A stretch of DNA of 64,000 nucleotides from Octopus vulgaris (lineage: Eukaryota), in contig OX597827.1 in the NCBI GenBank assembly GCA_951406725.2, positions 14,012,001 to 14,076,000 of the forward strand. Direction: 5' to 3'. The position numbers were made by a program, and so were the translations under genes. Below, one piece after another: positions 27,461-41,600 of this stretch. Under the pieces are notes generated by a model. The model had not been told where the DNA came from, searched no databases, and saw nothing but the letters and a program-made list of their open reading frames with translations. Numbering within the stretch: the stretch's first letter is position 1; every line of letters starts with the position of its first letter.

Positions 27461-28355
27461 GATAGATATATATATATATACATATACATATACATACAAG
27501 CATACACATATATGCAAAAATATATATATAAACAAATGTGTATGTGTGTGTATATGTGTGTGTGTATGTATGTATCTATGCATGTATCTATGAACATATG
27601 TATGTATGGATGGATGAAGGTATGTATGTATCATACAGAAGATAAAATATTTCTTACAACCTTACGCAGAAAAATAAAATAGATTGTATCTGTAGGTGGC
27701 CTTTTTTTCCTTTAATAACATCCCATACATCTCTATAACATAATACCTAGACATAGAATGATGGCTTGATGCATTATGTGCCGTATTAGATGTTATATAA
27801 GATGACTGATTCAGGGTCTTACAATTCTGATATCAAACATTTCCAAGCTTCAACCTGCTTCACAACTCCCTTGGAGATGATAAATTAGAGAGGGCCTTGA
27901 ATATGCTGATTCTTGGCATTCAGTTAATCACCTATGCTCCCATTTCTTTAGAAAGGGGTTTCTTGTTCTTTACTTCAAAATCTGTACTTGTGTGTTATAT
28001 ATCAATATGTGTCATAAAACACATACACATACGTACACATATACATACGTGTGTGCATGTATGTATGTATGAATGTGTGTATGTATGTATGCATATGTGC
28101 ATGTATGTGTGTATGTATGCATATGTGTATGTATGTATGTATGTATGTGTGTATGTATGTATGTATCTATGTATGTATGTATGTGTATGTATGTGTGTAT
28201 GTATGTGTGTATGTATATGTATGTATATGTATGTATGTAAGTATGTATGTATGTATGTATGTATGTATGTATGTATGTATGTATGTATGTATGTATGTAT
28301 GTATGTGTGTATGTATATGTATGTGTGTATGTATGTGTGTATGTATGTGTGTATG

Positions 28356-28387
<32 letters not shown>

Positions 28388-28518
28388 TGTATGTGTATGT
28401 ATGTGTGTATGTATGTGTGTGTATGTGTGTGTTGTGTGTGTATGTGCCATATATCATTATTATCCTCCTCATGCCAATGATACATGTGTGATGTGTGTGG
28501 CTGTGTGTGTGTGTATTC

Positions 28519-28566
<48 letters not shown>

Positions 28567-28685
28567 TGATGGACAGATAGACATAAATATATATATTTAC
28601 ATATGTACATATATGTATATACATATCTATCTATCTATCTATCATTGCATATAAATATATATGTATATATATATATAATATAAAT

Positions 28686-28745
<60 letters not shown>

Positions 28746-28769
28746 TCCACTAAATGTTACTCATACGTC

Positions 28770-29287
28770 ATTGGTCAGTCAGCACATGTCTGAAGAATAA
28801 GTCACATACTGAAGATGGTATGCAGTGAAAATAAGCCAGAAGCCACATATTTGCTAAGTGAAATTTGTATCCACACTGCCTATATGCTATACGATAGCTT
28901 ATGATATAGACATCTATATACAGAAAACACAGTCTACTTGAATGACTTACAAGAAACAGTAAATAAATTATATCACTTAGTGACATTAATAGTACTGGAA
29001 GCAGACTGCAAGCAGACTGCAAGCAGAGCTGTATGTTTAAGAAGTTTACTTCCACAAATTCATAGTCAGTAGGTTCAATTGTGGACATGCCTACAAAGTC
29101 AGAAAACAGCACAGCTCCCATGACTTTCGGAAACATTTTTTCACGCTCAGAGTTGCTGAAGCATGAAATAAACTGCCTGCGTCAGTTGTTGACTGCCATG
29201 ACACTGCATCCTTTAAGGCCCTCATGCTTTCCAAAATCCGCCGAAACTACACCTGATTATATATACACTTTAGATGAGTTGTACACA

Positions 29288-29300
<13 letters not shown>
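28770..29300 (+). mobile_element. Degenerate CR1-like LINE fragment
   Basis: 29075-29245 duplicates the 3' ORF end seen at 29651-29830; upstream part is RT-like but decayed. Confidence 0.6.
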
Positions 29301-29323
<23 letters not shown>

Positions 29324-29377
29324 CTCATTCCATGGTACTTTAGGCAATTATTTTGTATCATAGCCTGAGAATTGACT

Positions 29378-29990
29378 AAACTATGGTACGACCTCACCTG
29401 GAATTTGCATCACCGGTCTGGAACCCCTATCTTGCCCAGGATATTAATCGTCTGGAAGCCATTCAGTGACATGCAACCAAGAGAATACCCTCCATCAGGC
29501 ATTTGCCATATTTTGAATGCCTTACTTCCCTGGACATGGATACATTGAAACTCCGATGTCTGGCAGCTGACTTGGCAGACACACATAAAATTATTAACCA
29601 TCTTACAAACAATAACTCTGAGCACCTTTTCAAACTCCACCCATCTAACACCTGTGGACATGTTTACAAAGTCAGAAAACAGCACAGCTCCCATGACTTT
29701 CGGAAACATTTTTTCATGCTAAGAGTTGCTGAAGCATGGAACAAACTGCCGGCATCAGTTGTTAGTTGTCGGAGCACTGCATCCTTCAAAACTTCCATGC
29801 TTCCTGAGATTCGCCAACACTACACCTGATTTTCCCCTCCATACACACACAAGCATGTATCTGACTCATACACTGTTCGCTCTCCAGACATTTGTACATT
29901 ACTGCATATGCTTTATACGCACTTTTGACAAGTTGTGGTGCACCTGAGCACTGTATACAATAATTTCATTATATTAAATATTATATGAGT
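29378..29990 (+). mobile_element. CR1-like LINE 3' fragment
   Basis: VRPHLEFASPVWNPY...LEAIQ*HATKRIP...LPY...DLADTHKII...GHVYKVRK...RKHFFMLRVAEAWNKLPASVV...SFK, then a 3'UTR; the in-frame stop is consistent with CGA>TGA decay. Confidence 0.88.
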
Positions 29991-30209
29991 GGAATACAGA
30001 AGAAAGAAACTGTACAGAAGGCTGTTGTATATGTATATCCTTACAAGTAACCTTTTTAGTGCTGGTGGAATGATGAAATGCCCACTGTTTTGGTTGTGAA
30101 TGGTTGGTGATAGGAAGGACAATCAGCCATAAATTAATGCATGACAAAAAGAAGATAGCCGTTAAAATAAATCAAAATGCAAAACTATAATTGCATATTC
30201 AGGACTCAC

Positions 30210-30275
30210 AAAGTAAAGCAAGTCCCCTGTGGTATTTATTCTGCCAATGTTGTACAGGAGCTTCCTTGTTTCTCC
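30210..30275 (-). CDS. Putative host gene, 66-nt exon (RNKEAPVQHWQNKYHRGLALL, or GETRKLLYNIGRINTTGDLLYF)
   Basis: Acceptor ttctgcatttacaatag|G, donor TTT|gtgagt; open in two frames. Confidence 0.6.
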
Positions 30276-30319
30276 CTATTGTAAATGCAGAAATGCAATA
30301 AAACAATGTTGAAACTTGT

Positions 30320-30783
<464 letters not shown>

Positions 30784-30912
30784 AACAACACTGTTCTTCA
30801 CAAAAATTGATGTGAATTAAAACAAACAAATTAATAGTTCATAGAAAGATTAGGGTTTGATGAGATAGAAGTTTAGAGATATTGTATCTCTGTTGGCAAT
30901 AGAAGAACTTAC

Positions 30913-30928
30913 TTCTTGTATGAAAATG
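30913..30928 (-). CDS. Putative 16-nt micro-exon (HFHTR + 1 nt)
   Basis: caccag|CATTTTCATACAAGAA|gtaagt; phase 0 to 1 bridges exon 3 to the RNKEAPVQHW frame of the next exon. Confidence 0.4.
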
Positions 30929-31647
30929 CTGGTGATATATAATATGTATTATTAATATAATGTTGTGTGATTGTCAATTATGAGTTATGAAACCTAAAGG
31001 TTTGCAGAAAGGGAAGGTGAACAAGTCAAGAATAAATTATTATAGGTGTAATGACAACCTGTAGGAAAGCAACTGCATATAAAAAGGCTTTATCTAACAT
31101 GTATATACAGAATGTAACTAGAGAAGTATGGATGTTTAACACTAATGATTGGTTGGTACATAGAAGGTACAATGTAACAAGGAAGGCATTTCAATAAGTA
31201 ATTAAATAATACTTGGGAATTCAGATAGCAAGCAGTACTCTAAGACCACAAAGACATAAACACAATACACACGCACATATACACACACACACACACATAT
31301 ATACATACATATAACAATTAAAACCAGATGTACATTAATATATATACATATATACCTATGTTTGTGCTTGTGCGAGTGTGTGTGTGTATACCCGAGTGCT
31401 TATGTACAATTATACAAAAGTACCACTCACATATTTACACTCACAAAATATAAATGTGTGTGTGTGTGTGTGTGTAGTATCATCATCATCATCATCTTCA
31501 TCATCATCGTCGTCATCATCATTGTCATTATAATCGTTTCAATATTCACTTTTCCATGCTTGCATGGGTTGGATGGAATTTAGTTCACATACACTACATA
31601 TATGTATGTGTGTATGTATGTATGTATGTATGTATATATGTATGTAG

Positions 31648-31950
31648 TCATAAAACGAGACAGATGAGTGACAACCTGACCACTGGTGGTGGTGTAACAC
31701 ACCATACTAATCATATCTGTCGGGCATGTGGAAGAGAGTGTAATTCGGCAGGAGGACTTAAACGACATGCAAAGGTACATGAAGCCCAGTTACAACTACA
31801 GCCGGCTATTACCGGTAAAGGTTTCAGTTGCCAGTTTTGTACAAGACATTGTAGATCTTTAGCTGGGCTAAAAAGCCACATTCGGTCACAGCACCAATAA
31901 CAGTTAAGCTTCGTGCAATGGCCATACTCGATAACAAGGGTGCAACCATA
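31648..31950 (+). mobile_element. RTE-like LINE 3' end with two C2H2 zinc fingers
   Basis: HICRACGRECNSAGGLKRHAKVH...FSCQFCTRHCRSLAGLKSHIRSQH*; no TGEKP linkers; ggccatactcg 3'UTR and (ATGT)n on both sides. Confidence 0.65.
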
Positions 31951-32181
31951 ATGTATGTATGTATGCATGCATGCATGCATGTATGTATGTATGTATCACA
32001 TGATCATATACCAACTTAGAGAGAAAGAGTGAATATAATGAGTGTGCATGGTATTTGTGTACATGTAAAAGACAGCCATCAGTATAGATTCTCATAAAAA
32101 TGTGTGATGATTGAATATGTATATAAATAATCTATTTAGCCTTGGACAGTCTTGTGCGACTACCTAAGGTTTCATGCTTAC

Positions 32182-32393
32182 ACATTTTACCAACCAGAAC
32201 AACATGACAACGCTTAAGATGGTAACTGCAAGGGTAAATTGATTTATACAGTCACTAATGCATGCACGGATATCATAACTACCATCTACAACATCTCCGT
32301 CTATACCATTTGTTTCATTAACCAAATAGAGTTCCGCAAGTTCGTTCAATTTACTAGAAATAGAAGCCAAATCTTCAATGTACACTCTAATGT
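32182..32393 (-). CDS. Putative host gene, exon 3 (D-IRVYIEDLASISSKLNELAELY...CISDCINQFTLAVTILSVVMLFWLVKC)
   Basis: Acceptor ttcctgttttaag|AC, donor TGT|gtaagc; 212 nt open, phase 1 to 0, matching exon 2; protein-like composition with a hydrophobic segment; overlaps ORF 32164..32385(-). Confidence 0.7.
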
Positions 32394-32431
32394 CTTAAAA
32401 CAGGAAGCATTGAGTAATGTAGTCTGGTCAG

Positions 32432-32466
<35 letters not shown>

Positions 32467-32637
32467 CGTGTGTATAATGGGTTTAGTTCACTGGTGATCT
32501 AAATGAATAGATACGCTGAGTAAGTGGTATAATTGGTATATCTATCTGTACACACACACACACGTGTATGTACATACACACATACATATATGTATGTATT
32601 TCTATGTCTGTATATATGAATACACAGAGACACACAT

Positions 32638-32697
<60 letters not shown>

Positions 32698-32699
32698 AT

Positions 32700-33165
32700 G
32701 TAAAAAAACACAAACTGGGACAAGAATGCAAAACATTTCGAAGACGATACAAAAAACACGGACGGGACATTCGAAGCCTTCAATCTTCAGTCAAGAACCG
32801 GATCATCCTCACAATTTCGGCTGATTAATCTTGAGATTGCTCTGACCTGGCCAGCCCCAAAGGAAAAATCTAAGCCAAGCGCATTAGATTCCTTGGAAGA
32901 AAGCCTCGAATGGATACAAAACAAGGACGGGAACGAATAAGAATACAAAAATAAGTAAAAATAATAATGATAATAATAATAACAAAGTATCTCCTTCTTT
33001 CTGTGTTTTTCTCTCTCTGTGTATCTTTCTGTTGAAGAGCGTAGGCTCGAAACGTTAAAGACTTGTTTTATTTATATTTCCTGAGTGCCATACTAATACA
33101 ATTGTTCGTTTGTTTTCCACCTGCCTTCGTCTTTTGTTTATTTTCATAAAGCTTCCCGTATATAT
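32700..33165. mobile_element. Two back-to-back PLE pLTR-like remnants between (TA)n tracts
   Basis: 32700-32960 is homologous to 39320-39580; 32985-33160 is homologous to 6835-7000 and carries the HHR-like motif. Confidence 0.5.
33024..33061 (+). ncRNA. Minimal hammerhead-like motif in a PLE pLTR remnant
   Basis: UCUUU-CUGUUGA-A-GAGC(GUAG)GCUC-GAA-ACGU-U-AAAGA; stems I and II pair, stem III palindromic; U at core position 6. Confidence 0.55.
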
Positions 33166-33215
33166 ATATATATATATATATATAGACATGTATATATGAT
33201 ATATATAGACATGTA

Positions 33216-33247
<32 letters not shown>

Positions 33248-33278
33248 GACATGTATATATGATATATATAGACATGTA

Positions 33279-33324
<46 letters not shown>

Positions 33325-33984
33325 CACACACCACACACACGCATGCACATACACACTCATACACATGCACATACACACACACATTATTCACCAAACACAA
33401 TATGAAGTTTTTAAAGCTATGCATAAATAGAATTGAAACACTATTAATTGTTGTTGCTATTGTTGTTGCTGCCATTGTTGTTGTTTATCAATGGATCAGT
33501 CTTGATCAAGCAAATCTATGACGAAAAAGCACACCAGCTACGACTATACCATCTTCTTTTTCAAAGCGCTGAATGTGCTCCTCTCTTCATATATTTCAAG
33601 ATGGCACAGTTTTAGTTGCGGCAGATAGATTCAGTTGCTATATCTAGCAAAACCAAATGACCACATAGAAGCTACTTCACCTTCATTGGCTCATATGCGA
33701 TATCAGCTGCTAGTTAAGACAGGTGAGACAAATAGAGACATCTACTTCACCTGGAGGCGTAAAGATAATGGCTATATTTCAGTTTGAAATCTTAACTATT
33801 TTACCAGCAGCCTGATGCTCTAATTTTGCAGTTATTGTACCTTAATTATTACAATTATTTCCATTTCAAAGCAACATCCTATGACAGTTTCTCCTATCTA
33901 ACAATCTTTTTACAATCTTCCTCACCCGACCATCGACTTTAGGAAGTATGCAATTTTCAATAAATCTATTAATACTGAATCCTC

Positions 33985-34375
33985 TTGGTAAATTTTTTTC
34001 TCTTTCCTTTTATTGCTTTCAGCATCCTTTCTCTTTCCCTCTCTTTCTCTTTCTCCACCTATCTCTCTTCCCCTCTTTCTCTCTCTCCATCTATCTGTCC
34101 ATCTATCGACCCCCCACCTTCATTAACTCTCCATCTATTTCTCTCTGTTCTTATACACTTGATCTCTCTTCCCCTCTTTCTCTCTCTCCATCTATCTGTC
34201 CATCTATCAACCCCCCACCTTCGTTATCTCTCTTTCTATCTCTCTCTGTTCTTATACACTTGATTTCTCTTCCCCTCTTTCTCTCTCTCCGTCTATCTGT
34301 CCATCTATCAACCCCGCTTCGTTATCTCTCTCTCTCTTTATCTCCCTCTCTGTTCTTATACACTTGATCTTCTTA
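33985..34375. repeat. CT-rich minisatellite
   Basis: Repeated ctctgttcttatacacttgat / tctatctgtccatctatc modules. Confidence 0.85.
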
Positions 34376-34667
34376 AACACATTCACTTACGTACATTCCA
34401 TTTGCCTAAGTTATAGATAGATCTCACTTGTAAAAATCTATGACTTCATTATGCCACCATACATAGAGACCATTCTCCTAGGCATATACAGAAGTACGAT
34501 GCTGGTGAGTTACCTACATACAATCAGTCAATAATTCTTGCCAATTTGCAAGCTACATTTTGTTGGATAAAGGATTGGCAGAGTGGTAAAAGTGCATGCT
34601 TTATAATCATGTAGTTCTGAGTTGGATTCCACATTATAACACTAAGAGAAAAAGGTTTTCTACAAAT

Positions 34668-35069
34668 AGGCATAGGAGTGGCTGTGTTGTAAGTAGCTTG
34701 CTTACCAAACACATGGTTCCGGGTTCAGTCCCACTGTGTGCCACCTTGGGCAAGTGTCTTCTACTATAACCTCGGGCCGACCAAAGCCTTGTGAGTGGAT
34801 TTGGTAGATGGAAACTGAAAGAAGCCCATCAAATATATATATATATATATGTATGTGTATGTATATGTTAGTGTGTGTGTGTCCCCAACATTGCTTGACA
34901 ACCGATGCTGGTGTGTTTACGTCCCCGTAACTTGGCAGTTCGGCAAAAGAGAGTGATAGAATAAGTACGAGGCTTACAAAGAATATGTCCTGGGATCGAT
35001 TTGCTCGACTTAAAGGCAGTGCTCCAGCATGGCCGCAGTCAAAATGACTGAAATAAGTAAAAGAGTAAA
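34668..35069 (+). mobile_element. SINE family A
   Basis: Full-length copy. Confidence 0.9.
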
Positions 35070-36310
35070 TTCCACGAGTTGACCAATGACTTGTGAATAG
35101 GATTTAGTAGACAGAAACTGAACAGCTGAAATCTACATACATACATACATACATGCATGCACACATACATACATACATACATACATACATACATACATAC
35201 ATACATACATACATACATACATGCATGCATGCATGCATACAGGCATATAAAAAGTAGCTGCTTTCTCATATACGAGCAAAGCTATTGCTAGAAAGAATCT
35301 GGCTGGCAGAGGGAACAGGTCGCACAGCATGAAGTCTTTTAGCAAGCCTTTTCAATCCTTCAACTAGCAGGCATACCTTTCCACAGGTTGCACATATTCT
35401 GTTACTATTTTACTCTTTTACTTGTTTCAGTCATTTGACTGCAGCCATGCTGGAGCACTGCCTTTAGTTGAGCAAATCGACCCCAGGACTTATTCTTTGG
35501 AAGCCTAGTACTTATTCTATCGGTTTCTAAGCCTTCTCTTGATGCATACATGCAGGCAGGCATGCATACATACATACATACATACATACATACATACATA
35601 CATACATACATACATAGGAGCACAATGCAGTCCTTGGAGTCAGTTGATCTTGGCAAACCATCCAATCCGTACTAGCATAGAACACAGACGATCCTAGGTT
35701 TTTGTGTCCTGAGTTTTTTTGTAACTTTATGTCTATCACTGACTATTATTCTTTCTTACTACCCCAAGGTTTTTTCTTTCTTGTGATGAAGGACTAATGT
35801 CCAAAATGTTAAGCATCTTTTTCTACAAGTTAAAGTGTGAAGTTAATACCATATTTTTTAACCTTATCCCTTCCTTTTTGCCCTTTTTTATTACTATCCA
35901 TCACATTTACAATGTGTGTGTTACATATGTGTGTGTATGTGTGTGTGTGTGTGTAAACAGATAGACTATAAAAATATGTGTATATACATACACATATTTT
36001 TATTGATATATTTGTCTATATATATATATATAATCATATCAGCAGTGCCCCAGCATGGCCACAGCTCATGAGCTGAAACTAGAATCAATCAATCAATCAA
36101 TATCAAAGGGAAATGGAATTTAATTAAAATTAAAAACATTCAATTAAAATTTACATTTCCAGTACTAGATGGTAAATGTTTTTCATTTTCAAATTTATTC
36201 CTGTCGAATTTTATCCTGAATTTTTTTGTGGTCATAGAACTTAGCTGTTCTTTCTAATGCATAGAATCTCTATAAGTGGATACTCTATGTGTTTAAATAT
36301 ACACTATATC

Positions 36311-36345
<35 letters not shown>

Positions 36346-36352
<7 letters not shown>

Positions 36353-36493
36353 GAGAAAGAAGCAACAAGAATGGATTAGTTTTTAGCACCGGTTCCATAG
36401 GATTCAGTAACAGATCCAACAGGATCTGTTACTGAACCCTATGGAACCGGTGCTAAAAACTAATCCATTCTTGTTGCTTCTTTCTCGTTTATA
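36346..36493. repeat. Near-perfect palindrome in (TA)n
   Basis: 72-bp arms, 1 mismatch, 4-nt loop (aaca). Confidence 0.95.
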
Positions 36494-36603
36494 ATCACCC
36501 CACATTACTGTATGGTTAACACCATATAGTTTTTCTGGTGCATCTAAGTTAAGTACCATATTCAAGTAAATTCATTGGAATTGACTTGAACTAATCTTAA
36601 TTG

Positions 36604-36646
<43 letters not shown>

Positions 36647-36652
36647 TATATC

Positions 36653-36703
<51 letters not shown>

Positions 36704-37991
36704 CATGTGTTTGCATCTTTGACCTATATATTTCAGCAAAAGATTGTCAACATAGAAGAGAAAACTGAAATGTAGGCACTTCTGAATAACATACATTTCA
36801 ATATATAATATATTTGTTGCATGCCTAGTTGTGCAGACATTTTCCCTTGCCACTCTGGCTGTCACGAATGCAGTGAACTCGAGATTGACCCATTGGAAAA
36901 CCTGTAACTAACGACACTGCTGTTCCCCCCGATTGTCATGTAAAATAAACAAACAAGTAAGCAAATAAATAAATAGATAAATACACAGATAAATAAATAA
37001 ATAAATAAATAAATAGATAAATGAATAAATAGATAAATAAATAAATGAATAAATAAATAAATAGATAGATAGGCTAAATGTAATTTGAATTGAGAAATTA
37101 AGACAACTCTAGTTTCATGTCCAACAACTCATTTCAAGCTAATATTTCTAATACTTAAAGCTCTGTTTCTAATGCAATTCTAATTTAGCTGTTTTCCCTG
37201 CTGAATTCATTCCACTAGCATGAATTATTCTCTTTTCTCATTTAATAGAAACTTTCTTCCTTTTATTCCTTCAACAAATTACATTTTCCCACTTTTGTGG
37301 TGGGGGTCATGTTTTTTTGTTTTTGTTTTTTTTATGCTGGTTGTTAAATCAGGAAGAAATTTTGTTTCATGTAATTTTTTTTTTTTTTGGTATCCTTAAT
37401 TTTATCATGGTGGACTTAAGCTTACTTAGATTTTCTTAACACAACAGACCACATGCTACTATCAACATAAATTTGATTTTAAAAAAAAAACATAAACATC
37501 GCTTTTAAAGGTTCTGTTGTATCATGCTTAGTTCTTGAATGTTTTCTATTAGAAGAAAGCAACCTGTTTTCATAGAATCCTCTCTGTAATGATCAAAATA
37601 TAAATTCCATTCTATTGACAACTATTTCAATGTACAGAAAAAAGGCAGTGAGCTGGCAGAATTGTTAGCATGCTGGACAAAATGCTTAACAGCATTTCTT
37701 CTGGTTTTTACATCCGGATTTCAAATTCTGCCAAGGTTGACTTTCCCATTCATCATTTCAGGGTCAGTGAAATAGGGAGGGAACAGTTGAGCACTGGGGT
37801 CAATATAATCAATTATTTCCATTCCTTAAAAATTATGGCCTTATGCCTGTAAGAGAAAGAATTATATGCTAGAAATAGCACCCAAATTTCTCTCAAATTC
37901 ACACCCTATAAGATATGTGTGCATGAGGGGTGAGCATTGTGTGTGTGTGTGGAGGGGAGAGCATGTGTGTGTGTGTGTGGAGGGGTGAGCA

Positions 37992-38028
<37 letters not shown>

Positions 38029-38924
38029 ATGTGTGCCACTGTTTCATTTCAACTAAAAATTCCCTTTCAACTAGAAATTTCATATTCCCTTTCAACTAAA
38101 AATTTTAAAATTCTTAACCATGTCTGCATAACTTAGCTGTTCAGCAATGGGGATTGTTAGAATAAGTACCAGACCTATAAAAAAATTAAGTACCGAATGC
38201 AATCTGTTCTACTTAATCCTCCAACGTTGTGCTCCAGCATGGCTTTAATTCCATGACAGAAACAATAAAAGAACAGATGAATAAAAGGATATATGATATA
38301 TATATATATCTCAACTACATCAGCAGTTGATATCGCCTTGCATATAATCCTGTTTATTTTCTCTACATAAACAAAAACTGATAAACCACCTTCACTGGCT
38401 TGTGTAGCTTACATGAACAAAGTTTGAGTCAATTGAACTAATGCCATATATCCTAAGTAACTAACGACCTTCTTGGCAGCCAAAACTTTATTCTGATTGT
38501 GTTACATCAAATCTGATTAAAACACCCAATGGGATCCCTTCTATCCCATTTGTTTGAGTGTTAATTATTTTGCTAACAGTCTTTCCTTTCACAACTTCAC
38601 AACAGACAACCTTGTACATGATTTGATGGTGTATGTCAATCTTTGCAAAAGGTAAAGTACATAAATAGGTTCAGGAATAGCTGTGTGGTTAAGTAACCCT
38701 CTTTGCAACCACAAGGCTTCAGGTTCAGTCCCACTCTGAGTTATCGTGGGCAAATGTCTTATAATAATTTGGTTGACAGAAATTCTGTAGAAGCTAGGGC
38801 AAAAACTGACTGAGAGTCAAACACACATACATAAATAGATAAAATACACATACACACATATATATTTGCATACATATATATCTGTATGCATGTGTGTGTA
38901 TATATATATATTATTTATATATAT

Positions 38925-38985
<61 letters not shown>

Positions 38986-39060
38986 TTAAATATCCATCAT
39001 GCCTGATCTTACCAATCAGTTTCACATAAAGAATATAATAGAGTGCTAGGTAACAATCCG

Positions 39061-39210
39061 GGATCAAAACAGTTTGATTCAAATTTGTTGGTACTCTGAG
39101 TTTTAAGCATGATGCTAATCTTCAGTCATTGAGAATTCCCAATAGCTGAAGATTAGCACCATGCTTGAAACTCAGAGTACCAATGAATTTGAATCAAACT
39201 GTTTTGGTCC
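39061..39210. repeat. Imperfect palindrome carrying hammerhead-like cores
   Basis: ggatcaaaacagtttgattcaaat ... atttgaatcaaactgttttggtcc, arms ~70 bp. Confidence 0.9.
39146..39182 (+). ncRNA. Hammerhead-like core within a fold-back
   Basis: CUGAAGA-UU-AGCA(CCA)UGCU-U-GAA-ACUCAGAGU-A; GUA site present; stem I poor. Confidence 0.4.
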
Positions 39211-39896
39211 ATACATGTACTTCCCAATAAATGTGTTGAGTGCTCTTCTTTCGTTTGTCCACTCACTTGTATATATATATAAGAGACCGAAAGTGTACAT
39301 ACACTGCTATATTTTTATGTATAAAAAATACAAAAATGGGACAAGAATGCAAAACATCCTGACAGACGATACAAATAAAACAAGGATGGATCATTCAGAG
39401 TTTTCTTTTCTCTGTTGAGTTCCAGATTATCTTTGCAATTTCGCCGGGAAGATATTCAAGATTGCTCCAACCTACCAGCCCAAAGGAAAAACTAAGCTAA
39501 GAGCATTAGATTCCTTGGAAGAAAGCAGTAAATGTATATGAAAACAAGGACGGAAAGAAACGGAGAATGTTACACAAATATAAATGACACATGTTTCAAG
39601 AAGTCAACTTTTATTATTACGTAAGCCACATTCTTATATTTATTCTGCCAGCTCACCTTTAAAATTGATAATAATAAATTGTTTCAAATTTTGTCACAAG
39701 GGCAGCAATTTTGGAGGGAGAGGATAAGGTGATATCATTGACCCCAGTTCTCATCTGGTAGTTATTTTATCGACTCCAAAAGGATGGAAGGCAAAGTCAA
39801 CCACGGCAGAATTTGAACTCAGAATGTAAAGACAGATGAAATGCTGCTAAACCAGTGAGCTAATTATTTTGCTAGCTTGCTATCACATCACTGCCA

Positions 39897-40306
39897 CTCT
39901 CTTTTACTCTTTTATTAGTTTCAGTCATTTGACTGCGGCCATGCTGGAGCACCGCCTTTAATTGAGCAACTCTACCCCGGGACTTATTCTTTTGTAAGCC
40001 CACTACTTATTCTATCGGTCTCTTTTGCCGAACCACTAAGTAACGGGGACATAAACACATCAGCATCGGTTGTCAAGCAATGCTAGGGGGACAAACACAG
40101 ACACACAAACACACATACGCATATATATATATATATATACATACATACGACGGGCTTCTTTCAGTTTCCATCTACCAAATCCACTCACAAGGCTTTGGTC
40201 GGCCCGAGGCTATAGTAGAAGACACTTGCCCAAGGTGCCACGCAGTGGGACTGAACCCGGAACCATGTGGTTGGTAAACAAGCTACTTACCACACGGCCA
40301 CTCCTG
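39897..40306 (-). mobile_element. SINE family A
   Basis: Full-length copy. Confidence 0.9.
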
Positions 40307-41083
40307 AACTCCTGTTCAGTTTCAATTCAAAACTATTTGAGGTGGTACCCCAGCATGGCCGTGACCCAATGACGGAAATAAGTAAAAGAAATAGCCGACA
40401 AGACACAATTCAGTCATTCAATCTTTTACATCTTTCAGTCATGGGTCATCACTGTCAATTCAATTCTTAATCAAAGACACTTGAATTTCTTACATCACGT
40501 CACACAAATTCCCCTCAAAGACAGGCATGAATCTCACATAATCTTATTTCCTTTTGCTTAACAAATTTGAAACTATTATACCTTTGTAAGAAATCAATTT
40601 ATTTTCCATTTCTCTTCTTTCCATTTTTTGTCTTGAAAAATTTATTCTACACTATCTTTACTTCTTGAACATATTTTCTAAACTATTCTATGTCTTGCCC
40701 ATGTTATGGAACTTAAATTCAACATTTCCACCTAAAAGGCTTATCTCTTATGTTTCTCTGTACTAAAACATATTCCAATAAAATAGAGCTAAGAATTTCT
40801 ATTCATGCCATTTTCTGCACTTTTAAAACCATATTCAATGGATGGTATGTTATATCTGAATGCTTTAATTCTCGTTCATAATTGGAAATGTCGTAACCTA
40901 GGGGACCAAAGAGTTTGATTAATATTTTCTTTAATATTGCTGAAAAAACCTACATTGTACGGTATTCAAATTGAAAAATAAATCTATTCAATATAATCCG
41001 TCTATTTACATCTTTTCTTCTTTCTCTTACAGAGATTGAGTATGTGTGCATGTGTGTAGAATGTATGAGCTTCTGTAAATGTA

Positions 41084-41127
<44 letters not shown>

Positions 41128-41600
41128 TATACACATATATATTACGTACACTCACATACACATACATACACACACGCACGCACACATATATATATATATA
41201 CACATATATACACAAATACATACATGTTTATGTTTTTCTCCTTTTTTCTCTTACATCCACACTCTCTTTCTCTCTCTCTCTCTCTGCATATGCCATCTTC
41301 ATCAACATCATCATTATCATCATCTAATGTCCACTTTTCCATGCTTGCATGACAAAGATATAATTTGTTGAGGAAGATTTTCTATGGATGGATGCCCTTC
41401 CTGTTGCCAACCCACACATGTGTTAAAGTAAGGTAATATTCCCCGTTACCAGACATGTTTCCAGAGAAGACTGGAAATGAAGGATGCCAGAAACATTCAT
41501 TTACAAGAATTGCAAGAAGTCAAAGCGATTAGACAGTAACACACAAACACATATACGTATATATATAGAGAGATATCTACATATATATATATATATATAT

